Positions 1 through 13,200 of a DNA stretch of 64,000 nt are shown here, one piece after another. The notes below the pieces were generated by a model. The model saw only the letters and a program-made list of their open reading frames with translations, was not told the origin of the DNA and did no database searches. Position numbers and translations under genes: made by a program. Position 1 is the stretch's first letter. Every line of letters starts with the position of its first letter. Source of the stretch: Anthoceros angustus (Eukaryota; Plantae; Anthocerotophyta); assembly GCA_010909165.1 (NCBI GenBank), contig MU008177.1, positions 496,001 to 560,000 on the forward strand. Direction: 5' to 3'.

Positions 1-540
1 GTTGAGTAGTTCTTTTCGGCATCCGTGAGTTGTCTACCGCATAGAAAATCGGATGATCCGTTTCTTCTCATCTTCGACTTGAGCGGTCCCAATGGCATAG
101 GCGGACACATCCACGTATACATGAAGCGGCTTCCCAATCCGGCGGTTGTAAAGTTGGTGCGCTCACCAAATCCTTCAAGCTGAAAGCCTCTGTCGTCCAT
201 TCGAAGGTGTATCCTTTTGGTTAATTGTGTCAACAAGGCTGCCTTCTTGGCGAAATCCTTGATGAACCTCTGTAATACCCCACTAGCCCTACAAAAGCCA
301 CACCTTGTCAGTGCGTCCATCTCGACTATCACTGCTACCTTCTCTTTATCTACCAATCCTCGTCGAAACTCGATGTGCTAATAGAATGCCCTCCGTCATG
401 CCAAAATAACACTTCACGGATGAAGTTTCATGTTCGACTCTGCATTTGAAACATTGCCTCAAATGGTCTAAATGCAAGTTCCTTCTCCCAAATACGAAAT
501 CATCCGAATACCTCCATGAACTTCTCGAGTGCTAGCGGCG
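1..540 (-). pseudogene. Ty3/gypsy RT C-terminus/RNase H fragment (duplicate copy)
   Basis: Near-identical to 1767-2290 and 3479-4000; encodes ..QLTDAEKNYST and FIKDFAKKAALLTQL. Confidence 0.85.
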
Positions 541-800
541 GGATGTAGGTAAGAGGCCATTGTGTCGACAACGTAGCAACCCTCGACGCATCACACCTCG
601 GGTGAACTCCCACATCCTTTTGCATCGTAGCCACCAAAACCCGGCATTCAAAATCTTCTTAACGGTCACTGCGAATAGTGTCCACCTGCCTCTTACATGC
701 GCTTGTGCAGTCGGCCTCCGCGAGACATCGGATCTTTTCGTCGGCCCAAGTTTGCAGGACACCTTCCTCAGCGGTAGGGTGCGGCTTTATGGAGAAAGAC
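541..800 (-). pseudogene. Ty3/gypsy integrase N-terminal zinc-binding region (truncated)
   Basis: GVLQTWADEKIRC..AVTVKKILNAGFWW resembles the HHCC domain of non-chromovirus integrases; frameshifted. Confidence 0.7.
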
Positions 801-3200
801 CGCTTCCCTTGACAACCCATCGGCATGATGCCATGCTCCGAATTTCGTACTTCACGCTCAACAAATACCTCGGGCATGAACGCCCCTCGTTCTAATCTTC
901 TCCTTCCGGTGTGCACGTCTCCTCCTCCTAGGACGTTCGTTAATGGCTCCGGATGGCGTGTATCCATCCTCGGCCACGGCTTCTGCCGCCCGCCCTGCGT
1001 TCCTCAACAGTTCGTCGCATGTTCTTCCTTCATTAAGTTGATTTTCGCCTGCTTCTGCGGTCCATCTTGTGCTCCCATGGCGACCTCCTCTTGTTGCACC
1101 TCCATGGTCGGATTTTGAGGATTGCCGGTCGCCAACTCTCCCTTGCAATTTTCTTCAAGCTTGTCATGGGATCTCCTTCCTCGTCCATCTCGTGCCCACC
1201 TCCCTATCTCCTCCTCGCGGCCTGGCCGACCCAAGTGGGGCCTTCCGTCGCTCAAAAGCGGTTTCTCATGTGTTTTCTTTCTTTTGCCAACGTGTGGCCT
1301 CCACTTGCAGCCCCGGCTCACCCTTGAGGAGAATTCAGCCTCCTCCTTGCGCCCATGCTGGCGCCATCCTATCTCCTCGGTTCCAGTTGTCCTGCTGCTT
1401 TTCACCTGCGCTCCCTTCTTGCTCATTTGGCCTCTCTGGGCAAGCTTTGATCAATTCTTAGGCCTTCGACAACATGCTCACCTCCTTCCCTTGACTTGGG
1501 TCATGGTAACCAACTCCTCGTCGAAATCGATCATCGTGGCTTCAAGTCGCTCTCCGGTTTTAGAAATGAAATCAGCGTTCGATGTTGCTTCACGGTTTTC
1601 GTCATAGTCAAACTCTTGCAGTAATACCCATCGGCAATCCTTCACGACAAATCGGCTTGTTGACAAGATACTTCAAGCAAAATGGTCAACATGAAGCGTA
1701 ACCTTGCAAGCGGATAGTGTCTAAACTTCTTACAGAGTAAATGATACCAAGACCCTCCGCTCCGTGGTTGAGTAGTTCTTTTCGCATCCGTGAGTTGTCT
1801 ACCGCATAGAAAATCGGATGATCCGTTTCTTCTCATCTTTCGACTCAAAGGCGGTCCCAATAGCATAGCGGACACATCCGTATACATGAAGCGGCTTCCC
1901 CAATCCGGTTGTAAAGTTGGTGCGCTCACCGTCCTTCAAGCTGAAAGCCTCTGTGCGTCGTCCATTCGAAGGTGTATCCTTTTGGTTAATTGTGTCAACA
2001 AGGCGCCTTCTTGGCGAAATCCTTGATGAACCTCTGTAATACCCCACTAGCCCTACAAAAGCTTTGCCTTCACTGCAGGGGTCGTCCATCTCGACTATCG
2101 CTACCTTCTCTTTATCTACCAATCCTCGAAACTCGATGTGCTAATAGAATGCCTCGTCATGCCAAAATAACACTTCACGGATGAAGTTTCATGTTCGACT
2201 CTGCATTTGAAAGCATTGCCTCAAATGGTCTAAATGCAAGTTCCTTCTCCCAAATACGAAATCATCCGAATACCTCCATGAACTTCCTCGGAAATCTCGG
2301 AAGATCGCGTTCACTACCCGTTGAAAGTGGCGGGGCATTACACAACCGAAGGGAGCTTGAATAGCGTAAGTTCCCCAATCCGGTGAGCGTTGTCTTTGTC
2401 TGATCCTCCTTCCCTTGACAACCCATCGGATCTTTTCGTCGGCCCAAGTTTGCAGGACACCTTCCTCAGCGGTAGGGTGCGGCTTTATGGAGAAAGACGT
2501 CCTTCCCTTGACAACCCATCCGGCATGATGCCATGCTCCGAGAATTTCGTACTTCACGCTCAACAAATACCTCGGGCATGAACGCCCCTCGCGGTCTAAT
2601 CTTCTCCTTCCGGTGTGCACGTCTCCTCCTCCTCCTCCTAGGGCGTTCGTTAATGGCTCCGGATGGCGTGTATCCATCCTCGACTTGTTGCACCTCCTTC
2701 CTCGCCCATCTTGCGTTCCTCCAGTTTCATGTTCTTCCTTCATTAAGTTGATTTTCCGTCGGCCCAACGTGTCTGGGTCCATCTCGTGCTCCATGGCGAC
2801 CTCCTCGACTTGTTGCACCTCCATGGTCGGATTTTGAGGATTGCAGATCGCCCCTCTCTGCAATTTTCTTCAAGCTTGTCATGGGATCTCCTTCCTCGCC
2901 CTGCGCACCTCCTAGGGCGTCTCCTCCTCGGCCTCATGGCGCCACGACCTCGCCAAGTGGGGCCTTCCGTCGCTCAAAAGCGGTGCTCTCATGTCGCGCC
3001 CAACGTGTGGCCTCCACTTGCAGCCCCCGGCTCACCCTTGAGGAGAATTCAGCCTCCTCCTTGCGCCCATGCTGGCGCCATCCTATCTCCTCGGTTCCAG
3101 TTGTCCTGCTGCTTTTCACTGGCGCTCCTTCTTGCTCATTTGGCCCTCTGCAACAGCGGTTTTTGATCAATTCTTAGGCCTTCGACAACATGCTCACCTC
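801..3200 (-). pseudogene. Duplicated RNase H plus RNase H-integrase linker segments
   Basis: RWVLLQEFDY..NADFISK at ~1480-1660; linker present at ~800-1480 and again at ~2400-3200; repeat period ~1.7-1.8 kb (anchors 1, 1767, 3479). Confidence 0.75.
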
Positions 3201-4560
3201 CTTCCGACTTGGGTCATGGTAACCAACTCCTCGTCGAAATCGATCATCGTGGCTTCAAGTCGCTCTCCGGTTTTAGAAATGAAATCGGCATTCGATGTTG
3301 CTTCAGCTGGTTTCTCGTCATAGTCAAACTCTTGCGGTGACCCATCGGATCCTTCACGACAAATCGGCTTGTTGACAAGATACTTCAAGCAAAATGATCG
3401 ACATGGAAGCGTAACCTTGCAAGCGGATAGTGTCTAAACTTCTTACGAGTAAATGATACCAAGACCCTCCGCTCCGTGGTTGAGTAGTTCTTTTCGGCAT
3501 CCGTGAGTTGTCTACCGCATAGAAAATCGGATGATCCGTTTCTTCTCATCTTCGACTCAAGCGGTCCCAATGGCATAGGCGGACACATCCACGTATACAT
3601 GAAGCGGCTTCCCAATCCGGCGGTTGTAAAGTTGGTGCGCTCACCAAATCCTTCAAGCTGAAAGCCTCTGTCGTCCATTCGAAGGTGTATCCTTTTGGTT
3701 AATTGTGTCAACAAGGCTGCCTTCTTGGCGAAATCCTTGATGAACCTCTGTAATACCCCACTAGCCCTACAAAAGCCACACCTTGTCAGTGCGTCCATCT
3801 CGACTATCACTGCTACCTTCTCTTTATCTACCAATCCTCGTCGAAACTCGATGTGCTAATAGAATGCCCTCCGTCATGCCAAAATAACACTTCACGGATG
3901 AAGTTTCATGTTCGACTCTGCATTTGAAACATTGCCTCAAATGGTCTAAATGCAAGTTCCTTCTCCCAAATACGAAATCATCCGAATACCTCCATGAACT
4001 TCCTCGGAAATCTCGGAAGATCGCGTTCACTACCCGTTGAAAGTGGCGGGGCATTACACAACCGAAGGGAGCTTGAATAGCGTAAGTTCCCCAATCCGGT
4101 GAGCGTTGTCTTTGTCTGATCCTCCTTCGAAATTTGATTGTACCGAATATCCATCAAGCTGTACATCTCATGGCCATGTCCAACACCTGTCCATGAAAGG
4201 TAAAGGGTGATGATCCTTCTTCGTTGCTTCATTGAGTTTTACGAAATCTTGACACACCTTTCCTGCTTCTTTGGTACAATCACGATGGGGCGACCCACTC
4301 CGGTGAGCCGGATAAATCACCCCACCTCCAAGTATTGGTCGGTGATCCTTAACAACCATGGAATACTTGGGATTCGGCTGTATTGCTTGATCCTCTTTTG
4401 CCCTCCTTCAAATCTATTCGATGTATTCCCAGTTCTTCCGGTATCCCTGTCATGTCAGTAATCTTGAAGGCAAACACATCAACATATTCTCTAAGGACCC
4501 TACGAAACTCATCTTTTTCTATCTGGCCTAGGTACTTAGAAATCTTGACTACCTTGCTAG
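3200..4560 (-). pseudogene. Ty3/gypsy reverse transcriptase and RNase H (frameshifted)
   Basis: EYVDVFAF; DFVKLNEATKKDHHPLPFMD; LCNAP..FQR; catalytic DD at ~3977-3982; VDKEKV; QLTDAEKNYSTTER; KKFRHY; KYLVNKP. Confidence 0.9.
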
Positions 4561-4869
4561 GTTCTAACTCTAGGTCTTCTACCGCATCGGGATCTACATA
4601 TGTTCCCTCTGGACTGCTGCCTATACTGGTTCCGGATCCCTCTTCCGGAAAGTCTCGCTCATAAGCCCTTCAAAAGGCTACTCCTTCTCTATGGGCCTCA
4701 TCCTCGGACTCCTCTATGGCTTCCTCTATATGTAAGCAGGCATACACCAAAATCACTCTTTATTTGACCTCATTGAGGACCCCGATATGCTCGATCCTTT
4801 GCAGGAGCTTACCCCGTGCTACAGGTGTACCGTCGGTGGGTTGCGGACTCCCCTCATGAGCCTTACTCC

Positions 4870-5200
4870 ATGACACAAAAGCAATCGCCCGGGTCATCTC
4901 GGACTTGAAGGTGATGCCACTCGACCAAAATCAAAAACACCGATGCCATACAACCAAGGCCTACCTATCAAAACCTTATAGCCTAAATCGGCGCATCACA
5001 ATGTAGGTAAGATGGAAGGTGAGTCCCCAATTCGATGGGCACGTTCCTCCAGTGGCTTTCTCCTTATGCAGTCGGCCATCCGTAAAAATACTCGGGCGGG
5101 TGAAACTCGGTGAACCCGAGTTGATGAGCCGTCTCCTCCGTCATCAAGTTGACTCGATCCGAATCTAATGGCACGTCGGGCACCAAACACCCGCAATCTC
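4870..5200 (-). pseudogene. Retrotransposon aspartic protease
   Basis: Reverse complement of ~5135-5175 gives VPLDS(G)..VNLMTEE once one indel is allowed; lies between gag and RT. Confidence 0.65.
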
Positions 5201-6326
5201 AACCTCAATCTCGGGTGCCCCAAATCAATGAGTTCGACCACATTTACCTCCGCCGATTTCTCCCTCCTAACTTGATTCCCTGATCGCCTCCTTCACAATT
5301 TTGCGGGATCTTGGACTCATAAGCATCTCGGTGACCACAAATTCGCGGTCAAGTAATGCGTCGTGGCCCGGAATTTTATCGACAAGTTTCCTCCCGCTTG
5401 CAGCCACAGCGGCGACTCCGACCTTATTGGTAAAGTTTATTCCATGACCCTCCTATCGGTGGGACCCATACCGTGGATCAATTACAGCTCTGCGACCCTT
5501 TCCGTGTCGGGTGAGCTGTTTAATTCATCTTCCGGCATTGCCGCTACTTCTCGACTAATGTCGGGAGGAAGCGTTCGTTCCTCCCCTCCTTTGGTCTTCC
5601 GTCCCGCCCGGGGTAGTCTGCGGTCTATCCCGTAGTGCGGACTAGGTGAGTGCCTTCTGCTTGGGGGTGGTTCTGCTCCTCTTGCGCGAACCGCGTCTCC
5701 GGAGGCCATGGTGAGTCATCCCTCACCTTCCTCCGTTTTCCTTCCTCATCGCCGTTTTCCATCCTCCTTTCGCGGCCCGACCTGGTTACCACGGCCACCA
5801 TCAACCTTTCATCCGCTCATCTCTCCTTCATATCCTTCCTCCACGATACGGCGTCACCTGCTGATCCCTCGAGAATCATACTCGCCTCCACCTTCAACAC
5901 CGGTGTTGTGGTCACGGTAATTGCGGTTTTGAGTTGGGTCGTGCCTCTTCCTGCAGCTCCGTCGACTCACAGTCGTCTGGTGTCACTCGCGTCACCCGTG
6001 CACTGGGGTCCCCATTTTATGTCCCAATTCCTTGACACAGCAAAGGGTACATAACCTACTTGCTTCCGTGGTTACGGGCATTCGTTGAGTAGTGTCACGG
6101 GGCTCCATAATTATAACACCACCGGAATCGCCATCTGTGGATCGGTCTCCATTGTCCGGCGATGTCGGTCGTGAGCCATACCTTGAGGGGTGTGCGGTCG
6201 GTTGGTAAGTCGCCCTCATTGATTGAGGTGGTGACTTCGGTGACGCTTGCACAATGCGCCTCGTCCACATACCAATAATCTCCGGCATACGGTTTCCACA
6301 TGATTTACGCGTGTCGCGGTGCGAAT

Positions 6327-6368
6327 ACATTCTCGGTTGGTGTGTCCCGTTTGATGACAAATTGAGCA
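6327..6368 (-). other. CX2CX4HX4C nucleocapsid zinc knuckle of gag
   Basis: Translates CSICHQTGHTNREC. Confidence 0.9.
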
Positions 6369-8139
6369 ATACACCAAGCGCCTTGCGGTGAGGAGATCTT
6401 CGTGGAGCTTGATTCTTCCTTGACCTCTAACTCGGTCAATCTTGGTCAAAGCCTCCACTTGTTCAGCAATCCCTCCTCCTGCTGCAGACGTTTCTCCCTT
6501 CTCCATCCGACGGGCCGTCTTCCCTTTCCTCTCCTTCTCCAATGCGCGTTCCGCCTCCTCTTGTCGTTTTTTGACCTTCTCTAGGTCCTTCCTCATTCGT
6601 TCGTAGGCCTTCTCTGATTCCTCATCCGATGTGGAGCTTTCTTGAGTTCCGCTGTCCTCACTTTCTGATGAGGAAGAGGCGGCGAGCTAGGAGGGAAGGC
6701 GAGGAGCTAGATCTCCTCGATCCTTCCTCTTCTTATGACTCGCCTCTTCTTCCTCCTTCTCCCAACTCGGACTCCCATTCCTCGGCTAAGCGGAGGCCCC
6801 TTAGCGTCTTCGTTCCGCTGCAGTGTACCTCCATTTTCGTGACAAGCCACTCACAAACCAATCCAACGCTTGCTCTTGTGAGTACCAGTGGGTGGATCTC
6901 CGGCCTCTCGGGTGCACATTTGAACTCGATCCGGATATCCATAAAACCTCTCCACATAATCGAACAAGACTCGTTTCTTCCTTGGAGGGTTCTCAACTTG
7001 CTAAAGTGTGGTGTGCGTGGCGAGCCCTCGGAACCGATTCAAGAAGGCTGCCTTAAGAGCTTCCCAATCCGTGGATTATGTGCGACCATACCCTTTGGGC
7101 ATGCCCTCTCGGCGATCCGGAAGATCGCGATCGCTCGGACTCCCATTCCTCGGCTAAGCGGAGGCCCCGCCAACGCCTTCGTCCGCTGCAGTGTACCTCC
7201 ATTTTCGTGACAAGCCACTCACAAACCAATCCAACGCTTGTTCTTGTGAGTACCAGTGGGTGGATCTCCGGCCTCTCGGGTGCACATTTGAACTCGATCC
7301 GGATATCCATAAAACCTCTCCACATAATCGAACAAGACTCGTTTCTTCCTTGGAGGGTTCTCAACTTGCCAAGTGTGGTGTGCGTGGCGAGCCCTCGGAA
7401 CCGATTCAAGAAGGCTGCCTTAAGAGCTTCCCAATCGTGGCCGAATTATGTGCGACCATACCAGTTGGGCATGCCCTCTCGGCGATCCGGAAAGATCGCG
7501 ATCGCTCGGCGACTCCATCCTCCAAATTAGCGTGGGAGGCGTGCTCGAAAGTTCTTACAAGCCTCCGCATCATCTCCTTCTTCTTCTCGCGAATTTGGCG
7601 TATTCTTTGGCGACTATGAAGTTAGGCGGTCCTCCTCCTCCACCAACTCCACTCATGTTGCTCGTTCGAGTGTCCACTGGACCAACACTCCTCGCCGGGG
7701 TAACAGAAACAAATCGGGATCCTTGAGCACGAAAATCTTCTAGTAGCGACCTCCCTCTAGTTCGTCCCAAAGATCAATCGACCAGCGATTCGATCGAGTC
7801 GTTCCGCCTCCTCCGCGTTTCTCCTTCTCCATCCGACGGACCGTCTTCCCTTCCTCTCCTTCTCCAATGCGCGTTCCGCCTCCTCTTGTCGTTTGACCTT
7901 CTCGGGTCCTTCTCATTCGTCGTTCGTAGGCCTTCTCGATTCCTCATCCGATGTGGAGCTTTCTTGAGTTCCTGTCCTCACTTTCGATGAGGAAGAGGCG
8001 GCGACTGGAGGAGGTGAGGAAGGCGAGCTAGATCTCCTCGATCCTTCCTCTTCTTATGACTTCGCCTCTTCTTCCTCCTTCTCCACTCGGACTCCCATTC
8101 CTCATTAAGCGGAGGCCCCTTAACGTCTTCGTTCCGCTG

Positions 8140-9715
8140 CGGTGTACCTCCATTTTCGTGACAAGCCACTCACAAACCAATCCAACGCTTGCTCTTGTGA
8201 GTACCAGTGGGTGGATCTCCGGCCTCTCGGGTGCACATTTGAACTCGATCCGGATATCCATAAAACCTCTCCACATAATCGAACAAGACTCTCGTTTCTT
8301 CCTTGGAGGGTTCTCAACTTGGCCAAGTGTGGTGTGCGTGGCGAGCCCTCGGAACCGATTCAAGAAGGCTGCCTTAAGAGCTTCCCAATCGGGCGCACGA
8401 ATTATATGCGACCATACCCTTTTGGGCATGCCCTCTCGGCGATCCGGAAAGATCGCGATCGCTCGGCGACTCCATCCTCCAAATTAGCGTGGGAGGCGTG
8501 CTCAAAGTTCTTACAAGCGCCTCGCATCATCTCCTTCTTCTTCTCGCGAATTTGGCGTATTCTTGGCGACTATGAAGTTGGTCCTCCTCCTCCACCAACT
8601 CCACTCATGTTGCTCGTTAGTGTCACTGGACCAACACTCCTCGCCGGGGTAGTGAAACAAATCGGGATCCTTGAGCACGAAAATCTTCTAGGGAGTAGCG
8701 ACCTCCCTCTAGTCGTCCCAAAGATCAATCGATCGGCGATTCGATCGAGTCGTTCGCCAAATCCTCCGACCAAGCACGAAACTCCCGCTCGGCGACCTCG
8801 TCGTCACGCCGGTTTTGGAAGATGAGGTGGTGTCACCGCTTTGAGAAGCAAAGCGTCGCGGGCGTTCGCGGCGGTTGTGAAACTCGTGCTCGGAGGGCGC
8901 CCTTCCTCTCGGCGATCCGGAAAGATCGCGATCGCTCGGCGACTTCTCTTCTCGACCTCCTTCCTCTCGGCCGGTGATCTCGCCTCTTCTTCCTCCTTCT
9001 CCTTCTCCAATGCGCGTTCCGCTGCGGTGTACCTCCATTTTCGTGACAAGCCACTCACAAACCAATCCAACGCTTGCTCTTGTGAGTACCAGTGGGTGGA
9101 TCTCCGGCCTCTCGGGTGCACATTTGAACTCGATCCGGATATCCATAAAACCTCTCCACATAATCGAACAAGACTCTCGTTTCTTCCTTGGAGGGTTCTC
9201 AACTTGGCCAAGTGTGGTGTGCGTGGCGAGCCCTCGGAACCGATTCAAGAAGGCTGCCTTAAGAGCTTCCCAATCGGGCGCACGAATTATATGCGACCAT
9301 ACCCTTTTGGGCATGCCCTCTCGGCGATCCGGAAAGATCGCGATCGCTCGGCGACTCCATCCTCCAAATTAGCGTGGGAGGCGTGCTCAAAGTTCTTACA
9401 AGCGCCTCGCATCATCTCCTTCTTCTTCTCGCGAATTTGGCGTATTCTTGGCGACTATGAAGTTGGTCCTCCTCCTCCACCAACTCCACTCATGTTGCTC
9501 GTTAGTGTCACTGGACCAACACTCCTCGCCGGGGTAGTGAAACAAATCGGGATCCTTGAGCACGAAAATCTTCTAGGGAGTAGCGACCTCCCTCTAGTCG
9601 TCCCAAAGATCAATCGATCGGCGATTCGATCGAGTCGTTCGCCAAATCCTCCGACCAAGCACGAAACTCCCGCTCGGCGACCTCGTCGTCCGCCGATTCA
9701 TTTGGAAGATGAGGT
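8140..9715. repeat. 885-bp period direct duplication of a gag segment
   Basis: 8140-8830 and 9025-9715 look identical by eye; ORFs 8570..8773 and 9455..9658 have identical translations. Confidence 0.9.
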
Positions 9716-10259
9716 GGTGTCACCGCTTTGAGAAGCAAAGCGTCGCGGGCGTTCGCGGCGGTTGTGAAACTCGTGCTCGGAGGGCGCCCTTCCTAAATCC
9801 TTTGGACACCACTTCTCTTCTCGACCTCCTTCCTCTCGGTGATCTCGCCTCTTCTTCCTCCTTCTCCTTCTCCAATGCGCGTTCCGCCTCCTCCTCCTCC
9901 TCCCGCTCGGCGACTTCCTCGCGACTCGTGTCTCTACTTCCTCCCGCTGCCACGAGTGGCGGCGGTAGCGGTCTCTTCCCTTAGCGGTTTCTTCGTAGGC
10001 TCGTAAATCTCTTGCGGTGGCGGTGGTGACCTTCCGCGTGTATCTCCCGAGATCGACCCCTATCGACATCGCAACCATCCTCATGTCCTCCAACCCACGG
10101 TGTTAAGAAGGAAGCAAATCACACCCCTCTAGTGTCTCAACCATTCACCCTATGACAACTTAGGCGTGAATTCTTCTCACCCATGGTCGACCCTCGGTCC
10201 CTTCTCAAGCATGCTACAGCTAGCGATGGAAACCACAAAACTTCAACTTCAACAACAAA

Positions 10260-10273
10260 TCCCGACAGCGCCA
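10260..10273 (-). promoter_or_regulatory. Primer-binding site TGGCGCTGTCGGGA
   Basis: Minus strand reads ...CCCTACCACA-TTTT-TGGCGCTGTCGGGA: LTR end in CA, short spacer, TGG-initial PBS, 176 nt upstream of the gag ATG. Confidence 0.85.
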
Positions 10274-10277
10274 AAAA

Positions 10278-13200
10278 TGTGGTAGGGAGAATCAGGGGCA
10301 CTCCCAGGTCCTCCCACTATAGCGGCCACACTTATCACTTTATCGCCCGTCGTTGGGTTTCGTCCCATGAGACTTGTGTGAAAGTTCGAGGCCTTGTGGT
10401 CGTCCTTCTCTTCTCGACCTTCTCAAGCAAGGCGCCCTCTACTCTCCCTCTCAGCTGCACCACTTGCCTGCTTGAAAAATCGCCAACCTCGACCCACAGC
10501 GACACAAAACAATTGCGGGTCACGCCTCGGCAAACGCAGGCGCCAGGACCCCAGTTCACACCGCGATTTCGTCCCTACTTCTAAGACCAAACTTGACCTA
10601 CAACGACACAACACAATTGCGGGTCACCTCGGACAAGAGCCTACCACGGCGCCGAGGACCCCTGGTTCACAGCGATTCGTCCCTTCTAAGACCAAACTTC
10701 TCCACTCGGGGCGCTCTTACTTGCAGTTGGGATTCGTCCCTTAGGCTCTGTGGCCTTCCACTAACACCTACACCTCTAATCCTCTACTCATCTTCTCATC
10801 TCCTCATCCTCTTCCTCCTATTCTAACCTCGATTCGGGCTTCTTGGTTTCGACTCGCCCTTACGGCTGGCGCACAGGGTCGCCTCCACCAGCAAGTTCTT
10901 CCTTGGGCGGTTGCTATGAGTTTGACACGGACGAGAACCTCCGAGTCTTTCCTGTAGTCTACCCTCAAGCCGAGTTCTCAGGCATTTGCCACACACCCAA
11001 AGCAAAGCAATTTCACAACCATTCACAAGGGAGCAACTCGTTTAGGCACTTGCAGGAGCAAGTCCTCCACCAAGCACTCCGACCACGCGACTTCCTCTCT
11101 ACGGACTGTTGGCTCACGGACGAAATTCCTCTGTAATGGCAAAGGACTCGATGGCGTGGGCGCAAGACATGATACTTTACTTTGTGAAATCCTCCTCCTC
11201 TTATAGGAGGCCTTCCACATACAACCTCCCTTGGGTGACCCTCTGCAGGTCACCTTTTCCAATTCTATTATTTCCTACATGACATTTAATGTCGGCACCT
11301 AAATCTATTATGCGATCCTTGGTAAATTCTATTCTAGTAACTTCACCTAAGACCATCCTTGAAGGATGTCGATTACACCACCTATCCTTCCGTTCCCCAA
11401 AGCTCATTTATGGTCATTGACCATTCTTAGTCTTATCTTTTGGGGTGGTGACATGTCCCTTGATTGGCTCCCTCGCCCTCCTTTTGCTCTTGCCCTTCCC
11501 GGATCTTGTCGCCTTAATGTGTGGGGCAAGTACAATCCCCCTTCCTCCATCTCCAGGCGCCTAAAGTCTGTTATCTTCCATCGTCGCGCCTCCCGCACCT
11601 AGGCGCCTTCTCCACTCGGGGCGCTCTTGCAGTTGGGATTCGTCCCTTAGGCTCACTGTGGCCTTCCACTAACACCTACACCTCTAATCCTCTACTCATC
11701 TTCTCATCTCCTCATCCTCTTCCTCCTATTCTAACCTCGATTCGGGCTTCTTGGTTTCGACTCGCCCTTACGGCTGGCGCACAGGGTCCGCCTCCACCAG
11801 CAAGTTCTTCCTTGGGCGGTTGCTATGAGTTTGACACGAGAGAACCTCCAGTCTTTCCTGTAGTCTACCCTCAAGAGTTCTGGGCATTTGCCACACACCC
11901 AAAGCAAAGCAATTTCACAACCATTCACAAGGGAGCAACTCGTTTAGGCACTTGCGAGCAAGTCCTCCACCAAGCACTCCGACCACGCGACTTCCTCTCT
12001 ACCGAGACTGTTGGCTCACGGACGAAATTCCTCTGTAATGGCAAAGGACTCGATGGCGTGGGCGCAAGACATGATACTTTACTTTGTGAAATCCTCCTCC
12101 TCTTATAGGAGGCCTTCCACATACAACCTCCCTTGGGTGACCCTCTGCAGTCACCTTTTCCAATTTTCTATTATTTCCTACATGACATTTAATGTCGGCA
12201 CCTAAATCTATTATACGATCCTTGGTAAATTCTATTCTAGTAACTTCACCTAAGACCATCCTTGAAGGATGTCGATTACACCACCTATCCTTCCTATTCC
12301 CCAAAGCTCATTTATGGTCATTGACCATTCTTAGTCTTATCTTTTGGGGTGGTGACATGTCCCTTGAGGATTGGCTCCCTCGCCCTCCTTTGCTCTGTCC
12401 CTTCCCGGATCTTGTCGCCTTAATGTGTGGGGCAAGTACCATCCCCCTTCCTCCTCCAGGCGGCGCCTAAAGTCTGTTATCTTCCATCGCGCCTCCGCAC
12501 CTAGGCGCCTTTTCTCCCCTCCTGGTGGCGCCCGTTCATCGCACCCTACCGCGGTAGTCGGCGGACTACGTGGTAGGTGACTACCTACCATGGTAGTCGG
12601 TACCTATCTCCTTCTTCTCCTTCCTCCATCGGTGATGTCTTGGGTGAGATCCTTTGCTCTTTTCTTTGTTGGTTTGTCCATACCTACCATAGAGCATGTC
12701 TTCAAAGAATCTTCTTCCTCCTATTCTAACCTCGATTCGGGCTTCTCCTTCTTCTTGCGTTGGACTCCTCCTCGGCCCGGCTCCTCCCTTATCGTGGGGC
12801 GAGGGAACTTCTCACCCCTCCCCTTCCTCGGTGGACCCGTCCTTAGTCTCCTCGGTGGGGTTGTCTCTCCCACCACCCAGCTCCTCCGGTATACTACGGA
12901 CCCCGGCTCCTTCATCTTCGGCCGGGCCTCCGGCGACTCTAACAGCTCCGCGGCACTGCCCTACCCGGTAGTCTGGCGGACTACCGGCGTGTGTGTCTAC
13001 CACGGTGGTCAGCGGACTACCGTGGTGGTGGTCACCCACCGTGGTAGGTTGACCCCGGAGGTGGGCTTTCCCCTCCTTGCTCTGCGCCACCTTCTACCTT
13101 TGGCGCTGGCTCCTTCGTCTCGACTCCTCAGTTCCTCGAGTCCATTTCGATGGCCTCATCAAAATCGGAGGCCTCACTGCACACGCTCCTTCATCATCAT

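Larger units (their letters stand above)
5900..10084 (-). pseudogene. gag of the autonomous element with several internal tandem duplications
   Basis: ATG at 10084 (MRMVAMSIGVD); retrotransposon-gag core DWEALKAAFLNRF..KLRTLQGRNES..YVERF and EQALDWFVSGL repeated 4 times (anchors 6832, 7200, 8151, 9036); coiled-coil and Zn knuckle follow. Confidence 0.85.
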
